The translations under genes were made by a program, and so were the position numbers. Below, one piece after another: positions 12,101-25,800 of a DNA stretch of 64,000 nucleotides. Numbering within the stretch: position 1 is the first letter of the stretch; each line of letters opens with the position of its first letter. Source of the stretch: Styela clava (taxonomy: Eukaryota); contig NC_135254.1 of the NCBI RefSeq assembly GCF_964204865.1, positions 17,236,001 to 17,300,000 on the forward strand. Direction: 5' to 3'. Below the pieces are notes generated by a model, which saw only the letters and a list, made by a program, of their open reading frames with translations, was not told where the DNA came from and did no database searches.

Positions 12101-12167
12101 GGGAGTACTGAGAAGACCAATCAACAAGTTATGTCTCATTCAAGAAGCAAATGTGGAAGAAAAGTAA
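6163..12167 (+). CDS. BEL/Pao Gag-Pol polyprotein; ORF 6163-12072, with the true C-terminus continuing in another frame to 12167 after a frameshift near 12032
   Basis: Gag FSGNPIDY; three Cys/His knuckles (CKCCSFSHLLSKC, CFNCLRGGHLVKDC, CSVKGCGRRHHTLLH); protease ALVDIGS; RT ADIEAMF and FYVDD; Pao RNase H FSDAS, IPRLEL, WTDS and NPAD; integrase HHCC, GIDFFGP, SDNGTNF and GGSWE; C-terminal GRIV...VR.VDVKT...RRPINKLCLI in the shifted frame. Confidence 0.95.
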
Positions 12168-12373
12168 TGAAAGAACTGAACTGTTTAAAACAGCTTTTTA
12201 TGGACTGTTTATTCAAGATGAGAAATCTTGAAAATATTGCACATGTACATACAAGTTGAGATTTCGTCAATTTTTATTATTTGACCATAATTTCGTTTTC
12301 TGCAATTTTTGAACTTTTTGTTTTTAAGGGAAATGTATTTATTGTCCCAATGCATACATTTGGGGGGAGTTTA

Positions 12374-13295
12374 TGTAAGTTCGAAAATTGGCATTATCTT
12401 CTATCAATGGGGATTTCCCTAAAGTGAAACGACAAATGGAAAATTCCAGCTGTCCACATATGTTGCAATCGACTCTCGCTGGACAAGTCTAATCTTGCCT
12501 CGCTCTCACGTGACTCGCTGCCGTGTTTGACGGCAGTCGTTGCTTAATATTCGCATAGATTGCTTTTTATGTGTTAAGTTAGTTACGTTTAACGTCCGGT
12601 TGTAGGGATAATAATTGCCCATACCCAAGGCTTATGTTATTGGAACATATAACTGCTGTAACTTTTATTGTAGAATATTATATAAGCTATAAATAGACTG
12701 TAATTTGATTGATTGATTCTCTGAATCCTGAACTGAAATTGAAGTTATTTCTGAATATTTGTTATCGCCTGGCTTAAAACGTTTCGGTAAGTTTTAGTAT
12801 TTGTTGTTTATGATAAGAATTCTTGTTATTAGTTCAAATAATATTCCAAATAATAATAATTAATTGGTATTTAAATAGTATATAGTATTTCATGTTAATT
12901 AAATACTGTCAGTAGAGCTAGACAATGTCACATTGTTTAATGATTAAGTTTGCAAGTGCTTTAATGCATTATTGTTATTTTCTGTGGTCTGTATTTGAAT
13001 ATTTTCATTTAAATTCAGAAAACCGCTACGCTACACATCACCATACACATTGCATCATTCTGTTATTAGTACGCTACACCTCTTTAACCTTATTCAACAT
13101 TGTGAACTGTTTTACTGGATTTAATTCAATATATCAAATTTCATTGTACAACATTTGATATTTGTGGCATTGGAGGACACACTGAGAGTTGCGCGTTTTC
13201 GAATAGTTTTTCAAGAACCAAAGAACAGCCAGATATTTCAGTCACCCCCTTATGCGACACCTGTATTTGCCAGGATACATAGAAAAGGTGTTACA
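12374..13295 (+). repeat. 3' LTR (922 bp)
   Basis: Follows the polypurine tract; no difference from the 5' LTR seen by eye. Confidence 0.97.
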
Positions 13296-14774
13296 GAACT
13301 AAAGCCTGAATTGCAATACCTTTTACTGGAATCGATACAGCAGTGCAAATGTATCGAACAGTAAGTCTGACGGAAGATTGAGCACTGTTCATTTACGAAG
13401 TTACCGCTGACCAATTCCTCTGTTCCCATTGATTCGTGTAAAATCCGATATTTTACCAAAAATTGCTATTTCATTTCACAGAGACGCCTTTCATTTCACC
13501 AGACTTGATCGTATATTGGTTACGATTGTCTATCGATCTGTCCATTAGTATAAGTTTTTTTTAATTGAAGCAAGTCAGTGCGACGTGATCGAAAGAGAAA
13601 GACAGTGTTCGGATAGGGTTAGCGGGTTGGATTAGACATATGTAGATACTGCGTATGGAGGGAGCCCTGCTTATTAATGTAGCAGGAATACTAAACAGTA
13701 GTTTTATTATTTAGTTACATCCGTCGTGGGTCAAATCCAAACATATGCGGAAAAATTTAAAATGCAACAAAGCTAAGACATTTCTGTAGAACAAACATCA
13801 TATATATATATATATATATATAACATGTCACGACAGCGTGTCTAATGTAAATCTGATTCATGCGAGACAATTTCGAACCATCAATATTCCATTTTGCTTG
13901 GCTTTAGAGTAAAAGGAATACGTAGCGTCAGTTAAGTTTTTTAAATGACGCTTTTGCACTTCTTGTACACGTAACCACTCATATATAGCAATCAATCATT
14001 CATTTTGGTTCTCTGACATAAACAATACAAAAAGTGAAGCGACAAAACAAAATGCAGAGATCTGGGAGACAGCCATTACTCAAAATAAAGTTTAAAAAAC
14101 GTACAATGTACGTGCCCGCCAACCAAAAAAATAATAATAAAACAAACACAGAAAAACGCGATTTACAACCGGGCAGTACTTTGTAGGCAATTTAACAAAA
14201 ACAGCAAATATGAAGTAGATAATTGAATGTAATGAACTTCTGACAACTTCTTCCGTCTTTGTTGATGAAAATTTGAACCGCATGTTGGTATTCAATTAGA
14301 ATTTATATAGACATCACCAATATTAATATATATATAAATGAAGCCGATTTTGAATTCTGTGTAGGCCTTTGAAATTATCGGTTGTGTATAGCACAAATCC
14401 GAATAAGTAGAAAGCTATAAGATACGTCGTTTGCCTTTATATATATATATATATATGCTATAGAAGGTACTGTTTCAAGAAAGTCGGAAATAATTACGGT
14501 TTTGCATTGACTATCCATCCAACTTTATTTCTGAGTGGCGATGGCCATGGAAAATTTACCCGATATGTATACCCTACGCGTTTAGTCATTCTCTTCAACC
14601 CCTAGGTCAACGCGCCCACACTGCACGCTATAATGCAATCCATTTTATATTTCATAACTGGAGTTTATTTTTGTATTCCAGTACAATTTTTTGTTTCCAA
14701 TTTTTATGTGTTGTTTCACATTTTCTCCCCGAACAAACATATTGAAAAGCATCCACTGGTATGACATATGATTT

Positions 14775-17726
14775 TTAAACTTCTCTTTGTGGTGTGATAT
14801 GTTCTTCAGTTTCACTTCCGTTTAAAATAACTCTTCCCCATTCATAATCTTCACCGGTAAACCATCTCAATACTAAAAAACAGCAAACAAAAAAATCGGT
14901 TGTTCACAGTTAGAAACTGAAGTTACCTTTGCAATTAGATAAATTGGTTATGAATATCGGAAATTATGAACCCTAATATTATCAATCGGTATCGGTACGA
15001 CTGATTTCCGTTACTGGCTGGTTTCGTTGACCGATTAATCTAAGAAAATACAAGTTACTAAACCTAAATCATAGCATGATATTTTTTTCGAATCAGAACT
15101 TATTTTGAGTAAATGATTATAGAAATAGCTACAAAAATTTATTGTACAAATTTGTTTCACAAATTAATTACTATAAGCGATTTAGCGACGTTTACCCTCA
15201 GTTACTAAAAGCAATGTTTTGGGGAAATAGGATCAAATCTTATTACAAAGTAAAACACATAAATCATATCGAAATATTCTGGTTGCAGTACGAACCTTTA
15301 CTCTGTCTTGATAATCTCGAAGATTCTGTTCTTTTCATTCTTCTACGTTTTCGAAACATTCTGGTTGCCAAGTACAAAAAAGTAAAAATAAAAATGTGTA
15401 CAGTTGAACGAAACTACTTTTCTATCCGAGGGATGGGATACTTGGGCCAGGATTTATTTATGTAATAAAAATTGTAATGTTGCTTGCAAACATTTTGTGC
15501 GTATTTTGTGATTTCGGATGCTAGTACGTCGTAGTTGGAAAATAATATAAGGCTCAATTACGGTACGAAAAAATGATACTATTCACACCTCAGCATTTTT
15601 ACAGAAGACTCATAAAGTGGTAGATATTTTAAAACCATGTAACGCAAGGTTTTCAGCTGTTGAATGTAAACTATTAGGTTCAGTAATATAATTAAAAACA
15701 ACCAAAGCTACACATTTGCTATCCTCAATAAATGAAGTCCCGGAAAGTAATAACGAGAAAGAAACCGATTAGGGTAGTCACAGTAAAAACAAACCTTGTT
15801 CTTTCTTGAAATATAGTCATGAACAATAATAATAAGATGGCAAATATTGCCATTGTTGTTAAAAACATTGTTTTTTGATTTATACCTGCAATAAAAGTTT
15901 TCCTCGGTAATTTCCGGCAAAAAAAAATGAAAATTTATTCCTAAGCTATACTTAGAACATAAAGAAAAATTGATTGTTTAACTTAAAAATTATTTTTAAA
16001 TACTACTAAGCAACTGAGCAATGCAAAGATGTAAGTGCACATCATAGCTTTTAGGCAAAAATAAGCCGTTCGTTAAGAATGTGCTCACTGAAATTGATTA
16101 GCAGAAACTTTTTAAATTATAGCGCAAGCTACAAACACTTCAAGGTAAAACAGCAGGCCTCCTAGAAAATAGGGAAATTGAAAAGCGTCTTTTAGAAACA
16201 CTTCCTTTTTTATTAGCTTTTCATTGTCCCCACGACAACAATTTAAAAAATTAATGCATAGATCCTCTTTGCTTGAAATAACAAAAAAATGTCTGACCTT
16301 CCGATGTTGGTGTAACACGTTCACAGATATAAGATCTTTTTACTTCACATGGAACGTCAAACCATTTATATTCTTCTTGTAAACCGGTTGAGCCCATGGT
16401 AACACAATCTTCTGGTATGTTGTTGAAATTATTTGGTTCACCACGCGCCCACTGCATTGGAGTGCCGGGTAAAAAATGTAGCAAGTCGCCATTCTCCCAT
16501 TGAAAATTAGAGTTACCTCCAGAAAAATCTTTTAGTCCAATAAAAAATGATCTGTACGGCGGTCCTGATAAAAGCAGTACGTTTTATCGAACTTAAAATA
16601 ATCTAAGCGATATTTTAAAAACGATATAGAAACACAAATCTCTGTTTCATAGTTTCGAATACCGTGGTGGATGATAATATGAGAGAGGATTGCTGGACTC
16701 CTCGCAGTGGCTCCACATTATTAAGTCGTCTTATTGACTTTCCTCTCCACTGGGATAAAACAGAAAGTCTCATCCTATCTATTAAATTTAACACTCACTT
16801 AGTGTATGTGGTATTATCACTCGATATATTAGATCGACCAAAAATCGATGAATATCATCGGCATCATCTATCACTAAATGTGAATCCATTTCATTGCATT
16901 CTCCTCTTGCTTCCTGCTGACTACGAAGATCTGAACCGTTGTAGATAAAATATTCGCGCAATCCGAAAGAATACCATTTCTGTTCATCTATAAATAATAT
17001 TTAAGACAGCGTTATCAAAATATAAATTCATTCATTATATATATATATTAGATATATAATAAAAGATATAAACTATTGAAAACGATGAATCGTGTTATGA
17101 GTAGTGTGGCTTATCTTTTTCAAGAATTTGTCCCCTCAAAAACCATAATATATATTCTGATTTCTGGAGTTAAGTCTATTTTGATGCAACCTGAAGGTCT
17201 TTTAATCAAAACAAGAGCAAGCCCCGTTAACATTGGGATATTCCAAATAGCCACAACTATTTTGGGTATCCCGTTCGTCCGAATTGGGATTTGACCGCTA
17301 TCATATAAGAAAGATATAAAGTCACGACTGCCGTTACCCAGGTTCCCCAACCTGTGGTACCACAGCACTGATCAATTTCTTGCGAAGGTCTTTAGGGTGG
17401 AACGCACGTACTGAGGTAATGATGTACGGTTGCTCATTTAAGACCCATGTCCTCATTTCACACAACTTACGAATAAATGCTTTTGCCTGCCATAATAAGC
17501 GACTTGCTGCGATTTTGAAAAAAACTACACGTAAATTCAATATATCTAATTAAACTTGATTTATAGGATATATATATATATATTGCCTATATATTTTTTA
17601 ATATTTTCAAACAAAGAGTATCAGATAACATACTTACCAACATCATTGTGTGACATAGTTGAGTAATTTACATTTGAGTAAGTAACAAAGTGTAGAATTC
17701 GCGGAGTGTAGTAATTTTTTGCAAGA
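14775..17726 (-). CDS. Single-pass membrane C-type lectin receptor (CTLD-TM-cytoplasmic tail); exons 17638-17726, 16799-16987, 16298-16564, 15795-15885, 15296-15360, 14775-14872; 5' end unresolved
   Basis: Phase-consistent GT-AG exons give ...EARGECNEMDSHLVI...FFIGLKD...FQWENG...WARGEPNN...EDCVTM...KWFDVPCEVKRSYICE, then TM MFLTTMAIFAILLLLFMTIF, a basic stop-transfer RMFRKRRRMKR and a tail ending TPQREV*. Confidence 0.88.
16670..16780 (+). mobile_element. SINE-like repeat fragment; family copies also at about 31318-31551 (+), 39590-39730 (-), 52285-52512 (-) and 57040-57240 (+)
   Basis: Shared blocks gagaggattgctggactcctcgc and ggaatacgYtcacYaccgcacctctgat, shared cctatc-type tail; GC-rich tRNA-like head (gtggcgcatcttgctaag) in the 52.5-kb and 57.05-kb copies. 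Confidence 0.55.
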
Positions 17727-19823
17727 CTATAAGGCGAGATTCATTGACAGAAATGCAAATTTAGACCAACGGGTTTCACACGCTACGACTAGCCTATTTT
17801 ATGGATGATTCGGTGCTATCCTGAAATTGCCACCCCACTGAATTTCTGATCTGTTTTCCTCATCTTTATTTAGGCTGAAATGATGTAGAAGGTGTGGCAA
17901 TAACTTGAACAGCTCATGATTATCTCAGATAAACAAAATAAAATAAAACAATAAGGGGTGGGGCAATTTCCATAATTCTCCAAATTTTGATAATAGTGAT
18001 GGTAGATCGGGATAATAGCTAGCATTTTAACTCAGGCTGATATCAAACACTGTCTAGTCTTCAAATCGACTGTTATGGCTTGAATCGCCAACCACTGTCA
18101 GAATATATTACGCTTTCAAATAACATCAACAGTAAAGCTCATGTATTACTATGCGATACACGGTACAATAGAGCTAGCGGTTACCGCAAGCATTTTCGAA
18201 ATATCGATAAATCGTGTTTGCAAAGACTTAAATTAATTTGCATTGATTTTAGAAGCTTCATGAAAATTAAAACAAAACGTAAAATAGAATTTAAAGCAAA
18301 AAAAATTTACTGAACGTGCAATCAATATCATCTTTATATAACGTATTTATAATGATGAACCCAGGGCATACATTCAAGCTGTTTTGCCACTATCGCCCAG
18401 ATTGGACTGTAAATTATAATTTGCACATGGAATGCTTGCACCATCTGACGTCCATGTCAAGACGAAGAGGCCACCAATGTAAGTTTATTCAGAATAGCGG
18501 TCATAGTTATTCGACATAACACGTCTGTATCCAGTAAAGGTTGTTCGTTACAGCTTTTACTTTTTTATCGGGCGCGTAGCGTTTACGTTACGCAGTACTA
18601 TTTCCGAAAATACTATTGACGTGTTGAATGCCAGACGTCTACAGCGAATAATTTTGTTCTGCACGGCAGCGTAGATGATTTGACTTGTATTTCAGCAACT
18701 AATAAATGAACGGCTGGCTTATTGATTTTTTTATGCATCACCAAATTTTGTGTACGGCGGAATTTCACTACTTTAATGTTGGCTTTGTACTCATTATAGA
18801 TAGAATTGCATGGTAGACAACACCTCAATCTAAGAAAAGGTCCGTCAGAGTAAAATAGCATAAAAATTTGTTTATCATTTTTATAAAATTAGCAACAAAA
18901 AATTGCTTAATGTTCTCTAAAACTAAAATTAAATTTCCGACATTCTAAAATTCAATAGTAACGGTAATATATTTCTCTTATAACTCCTTGCAGGCTTACA
19001 TACTGAAAATTAAGATTAGACGATAGAAATTCATTCAATGAATTCTCTATATTGCTTACAATATATTCACTTTGTCAATAGTTAATTGCTGCTTCCTTTA
19101 CGTAAGTCATTCGCACATATATATGGGAAATCACGAGAAATCTTTTCCCAACGTAAATCTATAGCAACATACTGAAATGACTCTAATAGCAATCGTCCCC
19201 AAAATGCAATTCCAATCGCAAAATTCACATGAAAAGCCACAATAAATTCCATGTAATGGAATTTTCTTGTTTAAACAGAATCAAGACTGCCTGCGCGAGA
19301 TTGATTTTCCGCTTTATTTTATATTAGATAACGATGAATGTTGGACGCGACATGCTATTCCACTTAGAAATAATGTTGCTCTACGTGACTACAAACCGCA
19401 CGCATATTCAGTAGCCAGGAAACATGTCCTATAAGGGTTAATGCTTTCAATTTTAATGTTTTTTTTTTTCATGAAACACTTCCGTATTACAACCAAAATG
19501 AAACCTGAAGCTGCGAAGCAAACACCAACATACTTAGTGGCTCAATGGTTGTGACACCGTTTGAACCATGACTATGGTAAGGTACTTGTTCGTTTTACGT
19601 GAAGCGTGGTAGATTTCATTTTCTTCGGGATAATACGAAAAATTCATTGCTTTTTGTTAGAGGGGTTGGAATCCTGTAAACTTGCGATAAAAACGACATT
19701 TTCAAATTTTTTCCATCAGGATAATAATTCTTTCCCCAAATATTTCCGTATTGAAGGTTAAAGAAGGTTAAAGTGTATACAATATATATACAAAATATCT
19801 AATAAATCATATACTGATTAATC

Positions 19824-19947
19824 GGACCTCCTGTAGTATGCGCACCAAGATGGCGCACAACCTAAACTCAGGAGGTGTACCAGGTTCAGGTATGGGCACC
19901 AGGTTCAGGTTGTGACGACATCTTGATGCGCATACTTCAGGAGTACC
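19824..19947. mobile_element. Palindromic MITE, Merlin-like (GG termini, 8-bp TSD)
   Basis: TIRs ggacctcctgtagtatgcgcaccaagatg / catcttgatgcgcatacttcaggagtacc; TSD GATTAATC on both sides. Confidence 0.8.
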
Positions 19948-20069
19948 GATTAATCTATCAACAACAAGAATTATCATTTTATTCTAATCTTTTTTCATCG
20001 TATAGACCCGTTTATTTCAAGAATCGGAATAATTACTTTATCTATCAGTACTTGGTCAATATGCGCCAA

Positions 20070-22033
20070 CATCCCTCTCTATTTTTGGACACGTTAGTGG
20101 ACATAACGATCGTTTCAATATTATGTTGCTGTTGTTCTTTGACACTTTTCGGACACCTAGTGGAACTCTATTAAGTCGCTTTCTTTTTGATTTCTGTACC
20201 AATTGCGCTGAAATTTTCTGTGGTTGAAGATAAATTTTTCTTTAGAAGGCTATTACTTTCATTTATTTAAAATATTCCTGATAGCACTGTAGGATTCGTT
20301 TTTTTGACACGTAATGAATTTAATTTTATGCTGGCACTCTTCGTGCTCATCGAACGTCGGTGGTGTGTAACAGAATGCTTGCTTTGCTAAGCCGTAGGTA
20401 CCGATAGCGTCAAAGGTAAGGACTGCTTCGCTCTGAATAACGTGTCCATATATTTGAGTATTGCTCTCTTGTTTACAAATATTATGATGTCGAGTTTTGG
20501 GGTGGCACGACATTTTATTAGAGCTTTGAGTTTCTTAAAGCGTTTTTAAATTCATTTCCAATCTACTTGGGTGATTTGCATAGGTAACTTGCCTGTAACC
20601 AAAATTTCGTATTTTACTTAATTTGAAAATTTATTTATGACGACCTAATATACGCCTGAAGTACCTATTATGGCACGGACTATAGTCTTATGGCGTCATT
20701 GAAAAGAAGGGACTCCTAAGTTCCATAGCCCAAGAACTCTCATGGGATGACCGAACATTTTAAATCCAGCCCTGCCTATAAGGCTCAAAGTGAATTTTGG
20801 AAAATCAAAATAATAGCCTTCTGGCGGCTTCACCTATTAGAAAATTCGAAAACAATTGTGCCAATAGTATCCGAGCAGAAGCGATTTTCCCCGACAAAGT
20901 GATCAGTAATTTATTTTCCCATCATACTAAAGTACACATTATGAGTACACAATAAAACAAGAGAGCAATGCTCAAATATACGGACACGTTAATCTGAGCG
21001 AAGCAGTCAATTCCTTTGACGCTACCGGTACCTACGGAGCTATTCGCCATTCCCCATTAGCAAAAATTTTGTTGCACACCACCGACGTTCGATGAGCACG
21101 TGATCAAAAGAACAACAAGAAGAGTGCCAGCATTTACCCACTGAAAAATTCAGAGCAATCGGTCCCGTCTTCTAAGAGAAAAGCGACTTTTTAGGTTTTT
21201 CACTAGGTGTCCAAAAAGTGACAAAGAACAACAACAACATAATATTGAAACGATCGTTATGTCCACCAACGTGTCCGAAAATAGGTAATGTGGTACTTCA
21301 GGGTGAAGAAAAGCGCGAGACACCAAGACTGGTTATCTATTTATGTACTATTGTAGTATTATTTTTTTATTTTATTTTTTCATAGTGTTCAAATGATGTA
21401 CTAATTGATTCTCATATATAGGCTCATTTAGAATTAAATATCTATTTCGGAAACGCACTACTCTTTTTCTACCATTAAATTAATTTAAAACAAAAACCAC
21501 ATTATGTTACTGTTATAAATGTGTCATTTTTCACAATAAATTCCCAACCCTGATTAGATGAATTCAAAATTTATCCTCGTTTTAATCAGATTTATCCTCG
21601 TTTTGTAAATAGTGTAAATGGTTCTCTATAAACTGAGAGTTAAATAAAAAAGAACCTGTGTCAATTTATGTATCTAATCATGTGTTGTATTGGGTGGTAA
21701 CTGACTCAGATGACCGTAACTGGTCGTATCGTTACCTCCCAGTCATACCGAAAACTTTTGTTTCACTTATTGGACACGTTTATTGGACACGTTTAGTGGC
21801 CATAACGATCGTTTCAAAATTTTGTTGTTATTCTATTGTTATTTGTCTCCGTCTCCATTTTTAAAAAATCGCTTTTCTCTTCGAATACTGGACCAATTGC
21901 TTGATATTTTCAGTGGTTAAAGATAAAATTTTTCTCCAGAAGGCTATTACTTTTTTTTTCGCTATGACGTCATCAAAATTATTGCCACTGGGTGGCGCTA
22001 CGTGTCCATATATTTGAGCATAGCTCTCTTGTT
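20070..22033. repeat. Cluster of three copies of an unclassified interspersed repeat (about 20070-20470, 20958-21282 inverted, 21770-22033); a further copy at about 49228-49408
   Basis: Shared blocks ggacacgttagtggacataacgatcgtttcaa, aaatcgcttttctcttcgaatactggaccaattgc and gtgtccatatatttgagcatagctctcttgt. Confidence 0.8.
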
Positions 22034-22661
22034 TTGTTATTATTATATTTTATATTATGTGTTTTCTGGTTGACGAAATAATAAATTCTCTCTCTTTCTC
22101 TTATCGAGCAGCGACACCCTAGCAAAACAATTGGTAGTTCCACATTTTCGAATTCTCTGCTCGCGTATACTTGTGCGGTTTTCCTTGTTCTAAAATTGAT
22201 GCCACAATTCATGGATGGCAATCCCGGACAATATCATTCAACAATACGAAAATAAAAATATTTTTTTTATGTTTATATATAGCAGCTTTCATCCAATTTA
22301 CATCACAAAAATCTTTTTATCAGAAGCCCGTTGATTTAAAAAATTGGACTGATTATACCAGCATTTGTGTCGTATATTCATAGACCTCTCGCCAATAGAA
22401 AGCGATATTATGATGGCAGGTTTTCGGCTGACAGTACATTTTATCAGAGCCTTGAATTCTCTTGAAGTGTTTTCAAATTCAACTTACTATTTAATCTACA
22501 TGAGTTATTTACATACTATCTTGCCTGTAACTGGAATTTATCGCATCTTTCATCGAATTTATATCAATAATCTTCAATTCTTACTCCTACGAAATTTCAA
22601 TCAGCAGAGACATCTTGTGACGACGAAAATATCTAAACGCTGATTCGGCAGTTTTCATTGA

Positions 22662-22792
22662 TGACGCCACACGTAGTAAACAGTCGAAGTTGAATCACGC
22701 TTATCGTCAATCTGTTAATGTAGAAATGTTATTGTAGAAAGTTCCATTTTAGTTTGATACCCGTTACCTGCTCAAAATGATGTTGTGAGTCA
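22662..22792 (+). promoter_or_regulatory. Candidate ATF6 proximal promoter motifs
   Basis: CRE-like TGACGCCA at 22662-22669 followed by an ACGT core, and AP-1 TGAGTCA at 22786-22792, 60-190 bp upstream of the ATG; motif match only. Confidence 0.3.
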
Positions 22793-22849
22793 CATGTCAG
22801 TAGTCAAAAGCCAGTACCGTTCTAATAACAGTAAAAAATATCTTTTATA

Positions 22850-25800
22850 ATGGAAGACCAAGTTCCTGCGCTCTTCCTTGAGAATAATTTGCTGTCGGAA
22901 GATGACTGGGGTAAGCGAATGATGAAATTATTTTACCTTATTATCAGTTACTTTTTCTAGAATAGAATTCTTCATTTCTTTCATTGTCGGTACAGTCAGA
23001 CAGTACTGTGAACACCACTTCTGCACTAGGCCTTAACATATATCAATATGATCTTTGTAAACATGAAAACCAATGACAGAATGCTGGAATGACTTCAATG
23101 AAAGCTGTCCCGTTACACAGTTAAAGCATTAGCTTAAATAGTATAAATTTATATTTCAATAGAATTATCTTGCGTTTTATGACTTTGGTGACACAGTCAA
23201 GACTATCTGACTTTTATGTCAAAATATTTGACATATTTTTTTGTCGTAGTGCTAGTATACAGTATTACTGTTTTATGCAATACAAAATATGAAAATTTTA
23301 ACAGATTTATTTTTTTCGTAGTATACTTCATTAGAATTTTCTAGACTAAAGCATAGTTGGAATCAAATACCAGAAGCAACCGTTACAAAATTTAAAAACT
23401 GATGCTAAAGAATAAAATGAATGAATAGCCTTATAACTAATTTTTCTATCAGCTTGAAGACAATTTTTTATCAATTGGGATTTCTGTATATGCTGATGTA
23501 ATTGTAGTATTATCAAATTTGTAGTTTCTCATAGAGTACATCTCATTTGATAGCTGTGAATTTTCTTTATTGCTATGTTAAGTATATATAATATGTTCCA
23601 CTTTTGATGATGTATAGACTAGTTGTTATATTAGATTCAACTCTACAATCATATATGAAATGATGTAGTCAAATGATATTTTATATTCCTATATATAATA
23701 ATATCATTTTATTGATTGTAGGAGGATCTCTGTCTCATCTTATTGATTTGAAAGATTTAACTTCAAATGATTCTTTGAACAATTCTCCAGCAAGTGGTAA
23801 TTTTTGTTAGATGAATATATCAATAGATCTAGAGCAGGGGTCGGGAACCTTTTTGGTCAAGAGAGCCCTAAAATATACATATTTTCAATTGCATTTCCGT
23901 GCGAGCCATATAACATTTCTTCACTTAATCAGGCCTGAAATGTTTACTCAAAAGTCAACACATTCCATGTCAATATACATTTAATGTGACTTCTGATGCT
24001 GCATGTTGTCGCTGCGGGCCTGGAACGGTTGCTCGCATGCAGCCCAAGTTGAAATCTACGATACTCATCACCCTTTTTCGTTTAGGCATCTCCGTAGTAT
24101 TTTAAAACTCTATCGCTTTGTGATGTCACAATATATCTTCCAGAATCCCCATGTTTTGTCACAATGCCTGTCTGGTAATTCTCTTACATAACATAGACAT
24201 GCGCTGGGCCCGCGTTGTCAAACGTATTGGGAATTTTTTGCCAAATTTGGCCATAAAATAGTTTGAAGTCTACTAACAATAGTAAGCTTAATCTTAGAAT
24301 AATAGATTTTTCTGGGAGCCATATGCCGTCACCAAAAGAGCCATATATGGCTCGCGAGCCATGGGTTCCCGACCCCTGATCTAGAGATTGACAAAAAGAG
24401 CTCTGGTCATTTGGAAGATTTCTGGGGAAAATAACTTTTCCGAAAAGTGTCCTAGATTATTAAAACTTTCGAGTTAATTCATACGCAAACAGAAGATTAA
24501 GTATTTTCTTCAATTTCATGTAAGCAATTGAGAAAGTTATGGGTTCTATTTTTGGGTCACCCCATAGTTGTCTTTGGTATAATTAAACTCACAATTAACT
24601 TTAAAAATCAATCATGCATAACCTTACAGCATCGACAATCGAATTTTTACATTGTATTATTCTAACCTCCATACTAGCTAGATTGCTATAGTTATTGCTA
24701 GATACTTGCTTTCAATCAAAAATATTATGTGGATAAGCTCATGATAAAACAAAATATATGATAAAATTACCTTGAAATTACAGTGATTTTACTACTCCTA
24801 ACCATTTCGAATCCACACATTCATAGTCAGTTGATACTTGTTAATGTCAGTTGTTTTTCAATTACCGGTAGTTGTTTGGCTAATAAAAATTATTCTGATG
24901 ATTATGCGGTAATAATATCTCATATTCTATTTGTAATTTATAAAACATTCGCTAATAGCTTAATTAGTAAAATTGCATACTCTATTGATTTGACAAAAAA
25001 ATGTGTTTAGATTACACTCATGAATATGACATTACACATTTTAATATACATAATACATATAATCCATTTTTTCAGATTTTTGTATTGAAGATGAAGGAAG
25101 ATATCAAGAATGCCAGCTTGACTTCTATGGTGTATGTAACTTTGTTCGTATATGTCCTATTCAATGGTCTTTGTTCAACATATTTTCTTGTTTTATTGGA
25201 TCCTTCCATGGTCTGTTTCCATGACCATGTTCAATGACCTAACTTTCTAAATGTGATGACCTCTTGTCGATTTTGTTTATATATGGTATTTATATTATGT
25301 AAACAACTTATTGCTCAAGGCATGGTTATAAACAGAAAATTGATTATGAGGGTCATAAAAGTTTATTTAAATTTGTATATATTTGATTTTGTTACAGCAA
25401 TCATATTCATACTAAAAATAAACATTCCAAAATTGAACATCTATTTAAATGCTATAATTAGTATTTGAATTGGTCAAATTTCGAAATTGTTAGGTGTGTG
25501 TGTGTAGTCTTAAAGTAAATTGCACTTTAATAAACAATTACAGTCTTTCGCGCCAGACAATTTGAAAACCCAAAATTTTTATACCTACCCATATCACTCT
25601 CCCAGTAGATTTTACAAAATCAAGTAGTAAAGGAAACATGTGATGGTTGCTTAAATAGCTTTGATTTGAGAATCAGTGTCATAATTGTTGCATTTCAGCT
25701 GCTTATTAATTCTTTCATTGTTATACATACAGCGTTCATTAGAAAATGTTCGGCTACCTGTGGAATATCGCAAAGGACGGTACTCCCGTAGTGTGTGTAC

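Larger units (their letters stand above)
5218..13295 (+). mobile_element. Full-length BEL/Pao LTR retrotransposon
   Basis: TG...CA LTRs of equal length (922 bp); 5-bp TSD GAACT (5213-5217 and 13296-13300); PPT GGGGGGAG at 12362-12369; single gag-pol ORF with domain order Gag-PR-RT-RH-IN. Confidence 0.97.

Noticed and set aside
5049-13360. Possible host exon (acceptor 5048, donor 13361) disrupted by the retrotransposon
   Set aside because: The reconstructed frame has an internal stop and no recognisable homology; no partner exons were found.
13799-13821. (TA)n runs here and at about 14439, 17035, 17569 and 51504
   Set aside because: Ordinary microsatellites.
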